Shown here piece after piece: positions 7,777 through 16,199 of a stretch of 32,000 nt of DNA. Position numbers and translations under genes: made by a program. Below the pieces are notes generated by a model. The model was given only the letters and a program-made list of their open reading frames with translations. It ran no database searches and was not told the DNA's origin. How positions within the stretch are numbered: the first letter of the stretch is position 1; each line of letters opens with the position of its first letter. The stretch is from the NCBI RefSeq assembly GCF_000219175.1, contig NC_015735.1, positions 210,001 through 242,000 of the forward strand, given 5' to 3'. The stretch is from Candidatus Moranella endobia PCIT (GTDB taxonomy: Bacteria; Pseudomonadota; Gammaproteobacteria; Enterobacterales; Enterobacteriaceae).

Positions 7777-9246
7777 ATGATACCAGTAGTTGCGCTAGTT
7801 GGTCGCCCTAATGTAGGAAAATCTACTCTATTTAATAGATTGACGCTAACTTGTGATGCACTGGTAGTGGATTGCCCTGGGCTGACACGTGATCGCAAGT
7901 ATGGTCGTGCTAAATGGAAAGATAAAGAATTTATCGTTATTGACACCGGCGGTATTGATGATGACCAGATCAAAGGGATCGCTGCTAATATTGCCAGGCA
8001 AACGCTGTTGGCTATTGAAGAGGCTGATATTGTTTTATTTATTGTGGACGGCCGCGCCGGTTTGATGGCAGCAGATCTAGTTATTGCTAAGCATCTGCGC
8101 AAGAGCCAGAAAAACACGGTAGTTATCGCTAATAAAACCGAAGGTATCGCTAAAGATAGTGCAATGAGCGATTTTTATGCCCTTGGCATGGGTAACATAG
8201 TTCCTATTTCAGCTTCGCACGGGACAGGTATTAACTATCTACGAGAACAGATTATTTTACCGCTGGTAAACGCTTGTTTGCAGGTTGAAGACGCGGAAAA
8301 ATGGTTGTACGAAGAGGCTAAAACAGAAACTTTGGCGGTGCAGGAAAACCAGCTTTTTAACCAGCAGTCACAGCCGATAAAGCTAGCGATTATCGGCCGT
8401 CCCAATGTTGGTAAATCCACACTAATCAACCGCCTGGTTGGCGAAGAGCGGGTTATTGTTTATGACATGCCTGGTACTACTAGAGACAGCATTTATGTTC
8501 CTATGGTGCATGATGGGCAGCAGTATCTCTTAATCGATACTGCTGGTGTGCGTAAACGTCGTAAGGTAACGGGTAAAGTTGAAAAATTTTCAGTTATTAA
8601 AACGATACAGGCTATCGAAGACGCAAATGTAGTGTTATTGGTGCTTGATGCCCACCAATGTATTTCTGACCAAGATTTATCATTGCTCGGCTTGATCATC
8701 AATAAAGGCAGGTCACTGGTAATCGCAGTCAATAAATGGGATGGTATGTCCAGCAAAAAACGCGACGTATTGAAAGAAACACTAAACAATAGTCTAGGCT
8801 TTATCAATTTCGCTAGAGTGCATTTTATTTCGGCTTTGCACGATCGTGGCGTTGGTAACCTATTTGAATCGGTAAATGAGGCGTACCAATGTGCTACCAA
8901 GAGAGTGAGCACTGCGATGCTGACACGCATTATGTATATGGCAGTGGCAGAACATCAACCGCCGTTAGTACGTGGACGGCGTGTTAAACCCAAATACGCC
9001 CATGCCGGCGGTTATAATCCACCAATCTTTGTAATTCATGGTACACAGGTAACAGATCTAACCGATAGTTATAAACGATATTTAATCAACTATTTTCGAC
9101 GCTCGTTAAATATTATGGGTACGCCGATCCGTATGCAGTTTAACGATAATCCCAACCCTTTTGATGAACGGCGCAAAATATTAACACTAACGCAGCAAAT
9201 ACATAAACAAAAAAAGTTCATAATTGATATCAAGAAAAATAAATAA
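7777..9246 (+). CDS. der: ribosome-biogenesis GTPase Der (EngA), with two GTPase domains
   Basis: The tracked ORF opens at TTG 7756. Homology to E. coli Der starts at ATG 7777 ([22 protein letters not shown]). The second G domain reads [20 protein letters not shown], with DTAG and NKWD motifs. A KH-like C-terminus follows ([20 protein letters not shown]). Confidence 0.95.
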   Translation: MIPVVALVGRPNVGKSTLFNRLTLTCDALVVDCPGLTRDRKYGRAKWKDKEFIVIDTGGIDDDQIKGIAANIARQTLLAIEEADIVLFIVDGRAGLMAADLVIAKHLRKSQKNTVVIANKTEGIAKDSAMSDFYALGMGNIVPISASHGTGINYLREQIILPLVNACLQVEDAEKWLYEEAKTETLAVQENQLFNQQSQPIKLAIIGRPNVGKSTLINRLVGEERVIVYDMPGTTRDSIYVPMVHDGQQYLLIDTAGVRKRRKVTGKVEKFSVIKTIQAIEDANVVLLVLDAHQCISDQDLSLLGLIINKGRSLVIAVNKWDGMSSKKRDVLKETLNNSLGFINFARVHFISALHDRGVGNLFESVNEAYQCATKRVSTAMLTRIMYMAVAEHQPPLVRGRRVKPKYAHAGGYNPPIFVIHGTQVTDLTDSYKRYLINYFRRSLNIMGTPIRMQFNDNPNPFDERRKILTLTQQIHKQKKFIIDIKKNK

Positions 9247-9419
9247 GCTGAAGCAGTAGTACTTACTGCCTCACATGTGACAGCATTAACATGCTTATTA
9301 TATTATAAATATACACCGTGCTTATACTACCAGTGGATCTACTAGAGTACTTAGTACTGCTTCCACAGCATTATGAAAGTTAAAGTATTACCGTCGGTTG
9401 AAAACATAAAATAAGATAT

Positions 9420-9539
9420 TATACCATTTATAATATCAGAATAGCGTAAGCCAATTTTTGCTGAACACCTAGCCGCTTTAAAGGTCCAACACCACAATGC
9501 TGCTATGACACATTAATCACCAAATTGGTGGTTGACTGA
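9420..9539 (+). pseudogene. gmk: relic of the gmk (guanylate kinase) 3' end
   Basis: It sits directly upstream of rpoZ, which is the E. coli order gmk-rpoZ. RFKGPTPQCCYDTLITKLVVD* (stop at 9537-9539) aligns without gaps to the Gmk C-terminus [21 protein letters not shown]. An in-frame TGA lies just upstream, and only fragments (YNIRIA*ANF) are found before that. Confidence 0.55.
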
Positions 9540-9590
9540 AAATATTTACGTATCATTCAAGTAATGTTTTATATTTAGAGGAGTGCAAAT

Positions 9591-9866
9591 ATGGCACGCG
9601 TAACCGTACAAAAAGCAGTTGAAAAAATTGATAATCGTTTTGACCTGGTGCTGATCGCTGCCCGTCGCGCTCGTCAGCTTCAGGTTGGTGGGAAAGATCC
9701 TCTAGTTGCAGAAGCAAACGATAAATACACAGTTATCGCCCTTCGGGAAATAGAGGAAGGGCTGATAAATAGCCATATCCTGGATTTACGTGAGCGTCAA
9801 GAACAGCAAAATCAGGTAGTAGCGGAGCTTAAGGCAATCACCACAATCACTGAAGGCAGCCGTTAG
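9591..9866 (+). CDS. rpoZ: DNA-directed RNA polymerase subunit omega
   Basis: The 91-aa ORF reads [39 protein letters not shown]...[14 protein letters not shown], almost identical in length and sequence to E. coli RpoZ. A GAGGAG Shine-Dalgarno lies about 8 nt upstream. Confidence 0.97.
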   Translation: MARVTVQKAVEKIDNRFDLVLIAARRARQLQVGGKDPLVAEANDKYTVIALREIEEGLINSHILDLRERQEQQNQVVAELKAITTITEGSR

Positions 9867-9971
9867 TTGCCGTACTTGTCCCTGCCTTATTCAACAGTAT
9901 TAATTTTAAGCTATCTAGACCAATTTAAATACAGCAAATGTCTGTAAAATAATCATAGCAATGCAAGACGC

Positions 9972-10097
9972 ATGGCTTTGAATACTATCAATCATCAGGT
10001 TGTTTTCACCACAAGCTATACTCGTAGTAGTTTGGCGAAAATTTTGCGTCAAATTGTCATTATTCCAGAGGTAATACGAATTAACCGTAACCACAAT
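9972..10097 (+). pseudogene. spoT: relic of the spoT 3' end (last ~25-40 codons of the ~700-codon gene)
   Basis: Codons 21-42 of the tracked 86-aa ORF read LAKILRQIVIIPEVIRINRNHN. These match the extreme C-terminus of E. coli SpoT, LANIMRKIRVMPDVIKVTRNRN, without gaps. Nothing resembling the HD or synthetase domains lies between rpoZ and this point; only about 105 nt are available. Confidence 0.6.
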
Positions 10098-10232
10098 TAT
10101 TTAATTCGTCGTCTATTTGGCTGGCTGGATAGCTCACCGTACACTGTAGCGAATGGCTGCACCATTGATTATAGCGGTCCAACATGTATTTTATTAAGTA
10201 TAACGCGCGTTTACAAAGCAACAGAGTGCTGA
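10098..10232 (+). pseudogene. trmH: internally deleted and 3'-truncated relic of trmH (spoU), fused in frame to the spoT relic
   Basis: The same ORF continues as ...GCTIDYSGPTCILLS.... This matches E. coli TrmH NAVDFREIDYTRPTCILMG (SpoU-family motif 1 region). It then terminates 1 nt before the recG start. The order spoT-trmH-recG is the E. coli order. Confidence 0.45.
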
Positions 10233-10233
10233 G

Positions 10234-12321
10234 ATGAACGAATGCCGCTTGTTAAACGCTATTCCGCTGAATACTATACCAGGGGTCGGTCCGCATCTAT
10301 TTAGCAAGTTTTCCCGCCTAGGACTCGATAACCTGCAGGATCTACTGTTGCATCTGCCAATCCGCTATGAGGACCGTACTAAAATTTATTCTATAGGCGA
10401 TACAAAAACGGGAATGACAGTAACCGTGCAGGGCGAAGTTTTGAATAGAAATATAATTTTTGGACGCAAACGTATGCTAATCTGCCACCTACGTGACAAC
10501 AGTGGCGTCATTATTTTGCGTTTCTTCAATTTTAACCAGACTATGAAAACTATTTTCTCACCTGGCAAATGGGTGACAGCATATGGCGAAATCAGCCGTG
10601 GCCAACTTGGCAATGAGATCATACATCCAGAATATCATATTATCAACGATAACAGTCAAGTTAATTTTGCTGCTGAGTTAACACCAATATATCCGACCAC
10701 CAATGGTATCCAACAGTCTACGCTGCGTAGCACGATTGATCAAGTTCTGAAAATACTCGATATAACGCCAGTAGCTGAATTGCTGCCACCAGAGCTTAGC
10801 TACCAGTTAATGAGTTTTACTGCTGCATTACGGATGTTGCACCGCCCGCCAGCAAATACATCGTTGAACGATTTAGCATTGGGACGTCACCAGGCGCAGC
10901 ACAGGTTGATTCTAGAAGAATTGTTATCTCATAACCTGAGCATACTAGCAGTCAGGTCAAAGATGCAACAATACCCGGCCTTGCCGTTGCGAGTGGATAA
11001 TATTTTGTGCCGACGCTTTCTCGCTACGCTACCATTCTCCCTAACCGCTGCCCAACAGCGAGTTATTCAAGAAATAACACAAGATATGGCGCGCAACTTC
11101 CCAATGATGCGGTTGGTACAGGGTGATGTAGGATCTGGCAAAACTTTAGTAGCGGCGCTGGCGGCACTATGTACTATTAGCAATGGCAGGCAGGTGGCGC
11201 TAATGGCGCCAACTGAGTTGTTGGCCGAACAGCATGCACAAAATTTTCGCGACTGGTTTGCTCCGCTAGGCATCAAGGTCGGTTGTATCGCTGGCAAACA
11301 AACCAGTAAAGCACGCCAAACGCAGCAAGGGGCTATCAGTGATGGTCGGGTGTCAATGGTGGTAGGTACTCACGCTCTTTTTCAAGAGCAGGTGCAATTT
11401 ACTGAGTTGGCATTAGTTATTATCGATGAGCAGCACCGTTTCGGTGTCCATCAACGGTTAGCGCTTTGGGGAAAATGTGTTGCGCAGGGAGTTCATCCCC
11501 ATCAATTGATTATGACAGCTACACCAATTCCGCGGACACTGGCAATGACCGCATACGCAGACATGGATAACTCAATCATTGATGAGCTACCAACAGGACG
11601 TAAGCCGGTGACGACAGTAGCTATCCCGGATACTAGACGCGCTGAAATCATTCAGCGTTTACGCCACACATACCTGCAGCAGGAGCAATGTCAAGCTTAC
11701 TGGGTCTGCAATATTATAGAAGAATCAAATGTGCTGGAAGCACAGGCAGCTAAGTCAACCTGGCAAAAATTGCAAAGCGCGTTGCCCGAAATTCGAATTG
11801 GGCTAGTGCATGGTCGCATGAAAGTTCCTGAACAACAGCAGATGATGAAAGCTTTCAAGGCTGGTGAAGTACAGTTGCTGGTAGCGACTACTGTCATCGA
11901 GGTCGGCGTCAATGTACCTAATGCCAGCCTGATTATTATTGAAGACCCAGAGCGGCTCGGGCTAGCGCAGCTGCATCAGCTGCGCGGGCGAGTGGGACGA
12001 GGTACGATGTCATCACATTGTGTGCTGCTGTACAAGCCGCCACTAAACAAAATCGCCAAGTTACGTCTACAAGTGCTACGCGATAACAACGACGGTTTTG
12101 TCATTGCCCAGCGCGACTTGGAAATCCGCGGTCCAGGCGAGCTACTAGGAACCAGACAAACTGGCAAGGTCAAATTCAGAATAGCGAATATATTGCGCGA
12201 TCAAGCGCTGATTCCGGAGGTACAGCGACTAGCACGGTACCTTAATCAATACCACCCGGAATTAGCAAGTGCACTTATTGAACGATGGCGGCCAGAACGT
12301 GTCCTATATACTTTCGCTTGA
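10234..12321 (+). CDS. recG: ATP-dependent DNA helicase RecG
   Basis: The 695-aa ORF is colinear with the 693-aa E. coli RecG. It has the wedge-domain N-terminus (LLLHLPIRYEDRT), Walker A (MMRLVQGDVGSGKTLVAALAAL), DEQHRFGV, MTATPIPRTLAMT and the TRG motif region (LHQLRGRVGRG...EIRGPGELLGTRQTG). Confidence 0.97.
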   Translation: MNECRLLNAIPLNTIPGVGPHLFSKFSRLGLDNLQDLLLHLPIRYEDRTKIYSIGDTKTGMTVTVQGEVLNRNIIFGRKRMLICHLRDNSGVIILRFFNFNQTMKTIFSPGKWVTAYGEISRGQLGNEIIHPEYHIINDNSQVNFAAELTPIYPTTNGIQQSTLRSTIDQVLKILDITPVAELLPPELSYQLMSFTAALRMLHRPPANTSLNDLALGRHQAQHRLILEELLSHNLSILAVRSKMQQYPALPLRVDNILCRRFLATLPFSLTAAQQRVIQEITQDMARNFPMMRLVQGDVGSGKTLVAALAALCTISNGRQVALMAPTELLAEQHAQNFRDWFAPLGIKVGCIAGKQTSKARQTQQGAISDGRVSMVVGTHALFQEQVQFTELALVIIDEQHRFGVHQRLALWGKCVAQGVHPHQLIMTATPIPRTLAMTAYADMDNSIIDELPTGRKPVTTVAIPDTRRAEIIQRLRHTYLQQEQCQAYWVCNIIEESNVLEAQAAKSTWQKLQSALPEIRIGLVHGRMKVPEQQQMMKAFKAGEVQLLVATTVIEVGVNVPNASLIIIEDPERLGLAQLHQLRGRVGRGTMSSHCVLLYKPPLNKIAKLRLQVLRDNNDGFVIAQRDLEIRGPGELLGTRQTGKVKFRIANILRDQALIPEVQRLARYLNQYHPELASALIERWRPERVLYTFA

Positions 12322-12523
12322 GTAGCATCTACTTATAATAGGCTAGCTTATCAAGCATCTATACAAATGTTATGAACCGTACCAACATGTGCCGGTAGGT
12401 CACGTCATAGTAGTGTAAGTGTAGTAAACATATCATAGTAATCTCGCATTTAACGTAAGCTACCAGTAGCTTAACTAGACTAGTAACAACAGTAAAAACA
12501 ACAGTTATTGTTCGCTTCGACTA

Positions 12524-12551
12524 TTGTATTTCTACTAGAAACTAGTATAAT
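12524..12551 (+). promoter_or_regulatory. candidate sigma-70 promoter for tRNA-Pro
   Basis: A TTGTAT -35 element (12524-12529) is followed by a 16-nt spacer and a perfect TATAAT -10 (12546-12551). The -10 ends 15 nt before the mature tRNA 5' end. This is a sequence match only. Confidence 0.3.
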
Positions 12552-12566
12552 TAATATCCATTAGTT

Positions 12567-12643
12567 CGGCATGTAGCGCAGCCTGGTAGCGCACCGTCAT
12601 GGGGTGTCGGGGGTCGGAGGTTCGAATCCTCTCATGCCGACCA
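12567..12643 (+). tRNA. tRNA-Pro (anticodon GGG)
   Basis: CGGCATGTAGCGCAGCCTGGTAGCGCACCGTCATGGGGTGTCGGGGGTCGGAGGTTCGAATCCTCTCATGCCGACCA is 77 nt. It has a complementary acceptor stem (CGGCATG/CATGCCG), a GGG anticodon, a GGTTCGAATCC T-arm and an encoded CCA. It closely matches E. coli proL. Confidence 0.95.
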
Positions 12644-12772
12644 ATCAATTCCGCGACGGTGTATTTGTTGCAGTATATTGAGCTAGATCAAGTACTGTAA
12701 CAGTGCCAACTTAATTTTTAAAGTTGTCAAATATGTCATCGAATGGTGTTTAGCTGTTTAGCCTGTTTAAAT
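12644..12772 (-). pseudogene. rpoN: relic of the rpoN (sigma-54) 5' end
   Basis: It lies downstream of lptB on the minus strand, which is the E. coli order lptB-rpoN. FKQAKQL then, after a frame change, MTYLTTLKIKLALLQYLI*LNILQQI matches RpoN MKQGLQL...[26 protein letters not shown]. It contains stops, and the relic ends against tRNA-Pro. Confidence 0.5.
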
Positions 12773-12832
12773 GAATAATGAATATTGTTTGCTTAAGCTT
12801 CAGCTTCTATCGTCTAAAACTAAAACACCTTA

Positions 12833-13558
12833 TCAAGGGTAAAATTCTTCGCCTAGATAAACCTGTTTAACCTGTTTGTCTAGCATAATATTGGCTGGTG
12901 ATCCATGGGCGATTAGCTTACCCTGGCTAACAATATAAGCATGTTCGCACACTTCGAGTGTCTCACGTACGTTGTGATCAGTAATAAGTACGCCTAAGCC
13001 GCGGTGGCTCAAGTATTTAATAATTTTTTTTATATCGATAATAGAAATAGGATCAACGCCGGCAAAAGGTTCGTCAAGCAAGATAAATTTAGGATTAGCT
13101 GCCAGTGCGCGCGCAATCTCTACACGGCGCCGTTCACCGCCTGATAGTGAATGACCAAGGAGGTTATGCAGATGACTAATACTAAATTCCTCCATCAGTG
13201 CTTTTGCTTGTTTGTTACGCTGGTGGCTAGTAAGAGCCGAACTTATTTCAAGTACCGCCATAATATTGTCAAACACACTCAAACGTTGGAAAATAGATGC
13301 TTCCTGCGGCAAATAGCCAATACCGCGGCGGGCACGGGCATGTAGTGGCAGAAGACTGATATCTTCCTCATCAATTAAAATTCTTCCAGCATCAAGTGAT
13401 GTTATCCCAACTACCATATAAAACGTTGTAGTCTTACCAGCCCCATTTGGCCCAAGTAATCCCACAATTTCGCTAGAGCTTACCTTAAGGCTAACATCTT
13501 TCACCACGTGTTGCTGTTTATAAGCTTTCGCTAAATGTTCTGCCACTAATATTGCCAT
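12833..13558 (-). CDS. lptB: LPS export ABC transporter ATP-binding protein LptB
   Basis: The ORF is 241 aa, the same length as E. coli LptB. It has Walker A ([16 protein letters not shown]), the signature [15 protein letters not shown], Walker B ([13 protein letters not shown]) and the H-loop ([10 protein letters not shown]). Confidence 0.97.
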   Translation of the reverse strand: MAILVAEHLAKAYKQQHVVKDVSLKVSSSEIVGLLGPNGAGKTTTFYMVVGITSLDAGRILIDEEDISLLPLHARARRGIGYLPQEASIFQRLSVFDNIMAVLEISSALTSHQRNKQAKALMEEFSISHLHNLLGHSLSGGERRRVEIARALAANPKFILLDEPFAGVDPISIIDIKKIIKYLSHRGLGVLITDHNVRETLEVCEHAYIVSQGKLIAHGSPANIMLDKQVKQVYLGEEFYP

Positions 13559-13594
13559 ATATCCTGATCTTATACCAGATTATTGAGTCACTGT

Positions 13595-14137
13595 TTACTG
13601 AGTTAGCACCGCTGCTGTTATACTGCTGCCATACCAATACGATGGCACAATTACGGTGGTTACCTGTTTCCCTTTATCGCTGAAGGTCTCTAGCTGCTGT
13701 CTTTTAACCAGATAAATCATACGATCAAACTTGACGTTGCTTTCCAACTGCTCCAAATAGGCATTACCAGTAAAAATTACTCGGTCATGAGCGGTTTCAT
13801 AACGCACGTTCTGCGCATAGCCACTTACTTGCTGGCCATCGTTATGCCATTGATAGAAGGTGACCGGACTACCGTAACCTTCTATTACTACGTTCATGTT
13901 ATCTGGTCTAGTGATCACCACTTTATCGGCGCGAATATCAAGCGCACCTCGCTTGACTACAACCTTGCCGGTTAAGGTCACAGTATTAGTCGCCATATCC
14001 ACCGCTTGTTGCATGGCGGCAATTTTAATCAGTTGATTGTCGTTGCTAGTTAACGCTAGCGCCGACGCGCTGGCTAGCATTAAGCAGCCGACCAGAAGGC
14101 TGGGATATGCTTTATGTTTATGATTTATTAATTTCAT
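13595..14137 (-). CDS. lptA: LPS transport periplasmic protein LptA
   Basis: The tracked ORF opens at 14155, but the ATG at 14137 (MKLINHK...) gives a signal peptide aligned with E. coli LptA. Matching segments include ADKVVITRP, GYGSPVTFYQ, FTGNAYLEQLESNVKFDRMIYLVK and FSDKGKQVTTVIVPS. It overlaps the lptC stop, as in E. coli. Confidence 0.85.
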   Translation of the reverse strand: MKLINHKHKAYPSLLVGCLMLASASALALTSNDNQLIKIAAMQQAVDMATNTVTLTGKVVVKRGALDIRADKVVITRPDNMNVVIEGYGSPVTFYQWHNDGQQVSGYAQNVRYETAHDRVIFTGNAYLEQLESNVKFDRMIYLVKRQQLETFSDKGKQVTTVIVPSYWYGSSITAAVLTQ

Positions 14138-14696
14138 TATAGGTAGTATGAACATTTTTTAGCAACTCAGCGGTCTTATTGCGAAGATTGCCGCGCATCT
14201 GCATGCCGATTGAATGATAGCCAAGACCAGATATGCTTACTTTATCATCCGAGGAAACTTCCTGCGTTACCAGGTTAACTATTGCGTTATCTGTTGTAAG
14301 GTGTTTAATTTGCGAGGCATTATTCAAGCTATCTATCTGAACATGGCCATAAAGGTAAAGTATTCTTTTTTTAGTTAGCTTGGCCTTGTCGGCCTTCACT
14401 ATCCAGGTAGGTATTGTTGTGTGTTCATCGAACGTAGTGACAACAGGCTTACTAACCAACATGATCTGTGGTTTTGCAAAATAATTCAAGTGATCGGCTA
14501 CCAACTGGTAGCTAAGCCAACCTGCCAGGTTATACACTAAAGTTGTAGTATATTCGCTCTGATAGGTTGGCTCGCTAGTATGAGTAGGCACCTTGACCAG
14601 TGCTAGCTTCTGGTAAGTTTCCGTTAGTTTCAAGCCAATAAGCACCAGCACGAATAACCCGAGCAGTGCCGTAGTCCAACGTCTGGTATTGCTCAT
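14118..14696 (-). CDS. lptC: LPS export system protein LptC
   Basis: The 192-aa ORF reads MSNTRRW, then a TM segment, then EPTYQSEYTTTLVYN, IPTWIVKADKAKLTKKRILYLYGHV, TTDNAIVNLVTQEV and MRGNLRNKTAELL. It is colinear with E. coli LptC. Confidence 0.9.
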   Translation of the reverse strand: MSNTRRWTTALLGLFVLVLIGLKLTETYQKLALVKVPTHTSEPTYQSEYTTTLVYNLAGWLSYQLVADHLNYFAKPQIMLVSKPVVTTFDEHTTIPTWIVKADKAKLTKKRILYLYGHVQIDSLNNASQIKHLTTDNAIVNLVTQEVSSDDKVSISGLGYHSIGMQMRGNLRNKTAELLKNVHTTYNEINKS

Positions 14697-14701
14697 CCAG
14701 A

Positions 14702-15271
14702 CTAACCGTTGGCATTCTTCTGCTTGCCCTGTGCAAATAGCAGCAGGTCACAAACTTCACGCACAGCACCACGACCACCAGCAATGCGAGTAACGTAATC
14801 AGCACTGAGCTGCAATAATGGGTGCGCATCAGCTACCGCCACACTCAGGCCAACCTGCTCCATCACTGGAGCATCAATGAGGTCGTCACCAACATAGGCG
14901 ATTTGTTCCGCTGTTAATGTCAGTTTGCTTAGTAGTGTCTTAAATGCCACTGTCTTATCAGATTGACCCTGATAAAGATGATGAATGCCAAGCTTAACAC
15001 AGTGATCTTCTAGTAGCCTGGTGGAGCTGCAGCTAGTAATAATAGCGAACTCAATGCCTGAGTTCAGCAAACACCGAATGCCGTAACCGTCTCGAACATT
15101 GAACGACTTAATTACTTCACGGTTATTACCCAGATAAATTAGTCCATCGGACATGACACCATCAACATCGCAAATTAATAGGCGAATATCGCTGGCGCAT
15201 TTCAGCACATGATGTGCTACTAAGCCATAGTATGTCTCGACATTAGGATTTTCTTGCATGATGTTATCCAT
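14702..15271 (-). CDS. kdsC: 3-deoxy-D-manno-octulosonate 8-phosphate phosphatase KdsC
   Basis: The 189-aa ORF has HAD motif I (LLICDVDGVMSDGLIYLGNN). It also has FNVRDGYGIRCLL, YQGQSDK and YVGDDLIDAPVMEQVGLSVAVADAHPLL...YVTRIAGGRGAVREVCDLLL. It is colinear with E. coli KdsC. Confidence 0.92.
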   Translation of the reverse strand: MDNIMQENPNVETYYGLVAHHVLKCASDIRLLICDVDGVMSDGLIYLGNNREVIKSFNVRDGYGIRCLLNSGIEFAIITSCSSTRLLEDHCVKLGIHHLYQGQSDKTVAFKTLLSKLTLTAEQIAYVGDDLIDAPVMEQVGLSVAVADAHPLLQLSADYVTRIAGGRGAVREVCDLLLFAQGKQKNANG

Positions 15272-15580
15272 ATTGTATCGCGCCAGCGCGTATTATAGCA
15301 TATATATAAACTACGCATGCCTATCAGCTGGTTACTGTTCGCTACCAGCCGTGAATAAGTTATATGTGAATTGATATTGTTTGTTTTTTTTCCTCCAATT
15401 AAGCGTCTCTACTGCTAGTGTATTATTAGGTGTAATACCGTGCCGTGCGTACATGTTGCGGAAGAAGGAAGCATGTACGCAAAGATAAATTGCCGCTGCT
15501 TTTATTATATTGGGCTTACCCCCCGTTCATGCACATTATTGGGATGCGCAGAGGCTTCTTAAGTTGCTTATTTTAAATTT
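15264..15580 (-). pseudogene. kdsD: relic of the kdsD (arabinose-5-phosphate isomerase) 3' third
   Basis: It lies upstream of kdsC on the minus strand, which is the E. coli order kdsD-kdsC. Four fragments match in colinear order. LKKPLRIPIMCMNGG* matches GRKLLLRVNDIMHTGD. SLRTCFLL matches SLRDALLE. ITPNNTLAVETLN matches MTPGG..ILAVEALN. After a frame change at an A8 run (T8 at 15384-15391 on the + strand), NSHITYSRLVANSNQLIGMRSLYIYAIIRAGAIQYG* matches SRHITSVMVADGDHLLGVLHMHDLLRAGVV*. The relic stop overlaps the kdsC start. There are in-frame stops, and the 5' two-thirds are missing. Confidence 0.6.
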
Positions 15581-15689
15581 CAAACCACAATAGACAGAAG
15601 TGAAATAATTTGATACCCTTAGTATTGTTTAAATAAAATTGTTTTCATCAATTAACTCATTAACTATAAGATAATAACTGTGAAACAGT

Positions 15690-16096
15690 TCTACTGCTTG
15701 CTGCGACGTCAGGAAAACATAACCAAGTTGGTTGAAAGCAATTTATGGCATAAGCAATCCATTGACCACAATATTGGCCTAGTATCCTAAAACTGATTTT
15801 TTGGTAACTAACTACGCTATTTATTGACCGCATCATTCAATAACAGGCAGCAGAACCAACCATAATCAATTCTATTGGTTAGTTCGATCACTCTCAGTTA
15901 ATCATATTTCTACAAGTAGGTCGTGCCGTACGTCTCATTTAAACAAATGCGGTTTAATTTCATCCAGGGCGAGGCATGGAGCCAATACAGCTACCAAATT
16001 CAGCAAAGTTTGCGGTAACTTGTTCGTGAACATAGCCGTCGAAACGAGCGTGAACGACGACGGACGAAATACGATAGAACGCATTCATCTTCCTGA
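15690..16096 (+). pseudogene. pdhR: relic of pdhR (GntR-family repressor of the pyruvate dehydrogenase operon)
   Basis: It lies upstream of aceE, as in the E. coli pdhR-aceEF-lpd operon. Four fragments match in colinear order but in different frames. VLLLAATSGKHNQV matches GLLLRRQGGGTFV. ISNPLTTIL matches FSDPLVELL. GMEPIQ matches CMEPML. LVREHSRRNERERRR matches LLDRSREESRRERSLRR. It has several stops, and about 0.4 kb remains of 0.77 kb. Confidence 0.5.
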
Positions 16097-16199
16097 AATT
16101 GTTACCAACTTGACGGACGAAGTAGGCCTATCTTCCTAACTAAGATAGACACCAACTTAACTAATCTTACATTTAGATCTAGATAAGGAAAAAAAAACC

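Noticed and set aside
7752-8930. Minus-strand ORFs of 121, 64 and 145 aa inside der.
   Set aside because: They are antisense shadows of der. The conservation lies wholly in the + frame.
14575-14829. An 84-aa minus-strand ORF bridging the kdsC 3' end and the lptC 5' end.
   Set aside because: It is an out-of-frame overlap of two conserved genes on the same strand, with no independent support.
15446-15481. A 10-bp inverted repeat, TGCGTACATG ... CATGTACGCA, with a 16-nt loop.
   Set aside because: It lies inside the kdsD relic and has no U tract or obvious partner gene. It is a modest stem of the kind expected occasionally in 6 kb of spacer, so it is noted only.
15854-15880. An AACCAA...TTGGTT inverted repeat upstream of aceE, resembling PdhR operator half-sites (ATTGGT).
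   Set aside because: The half-sites are 15 nt apart instead of the compact ATTGGTnnnACCAAT arrangement. The repressor gene itself is a relic, so this is probably a decayed or chance match.
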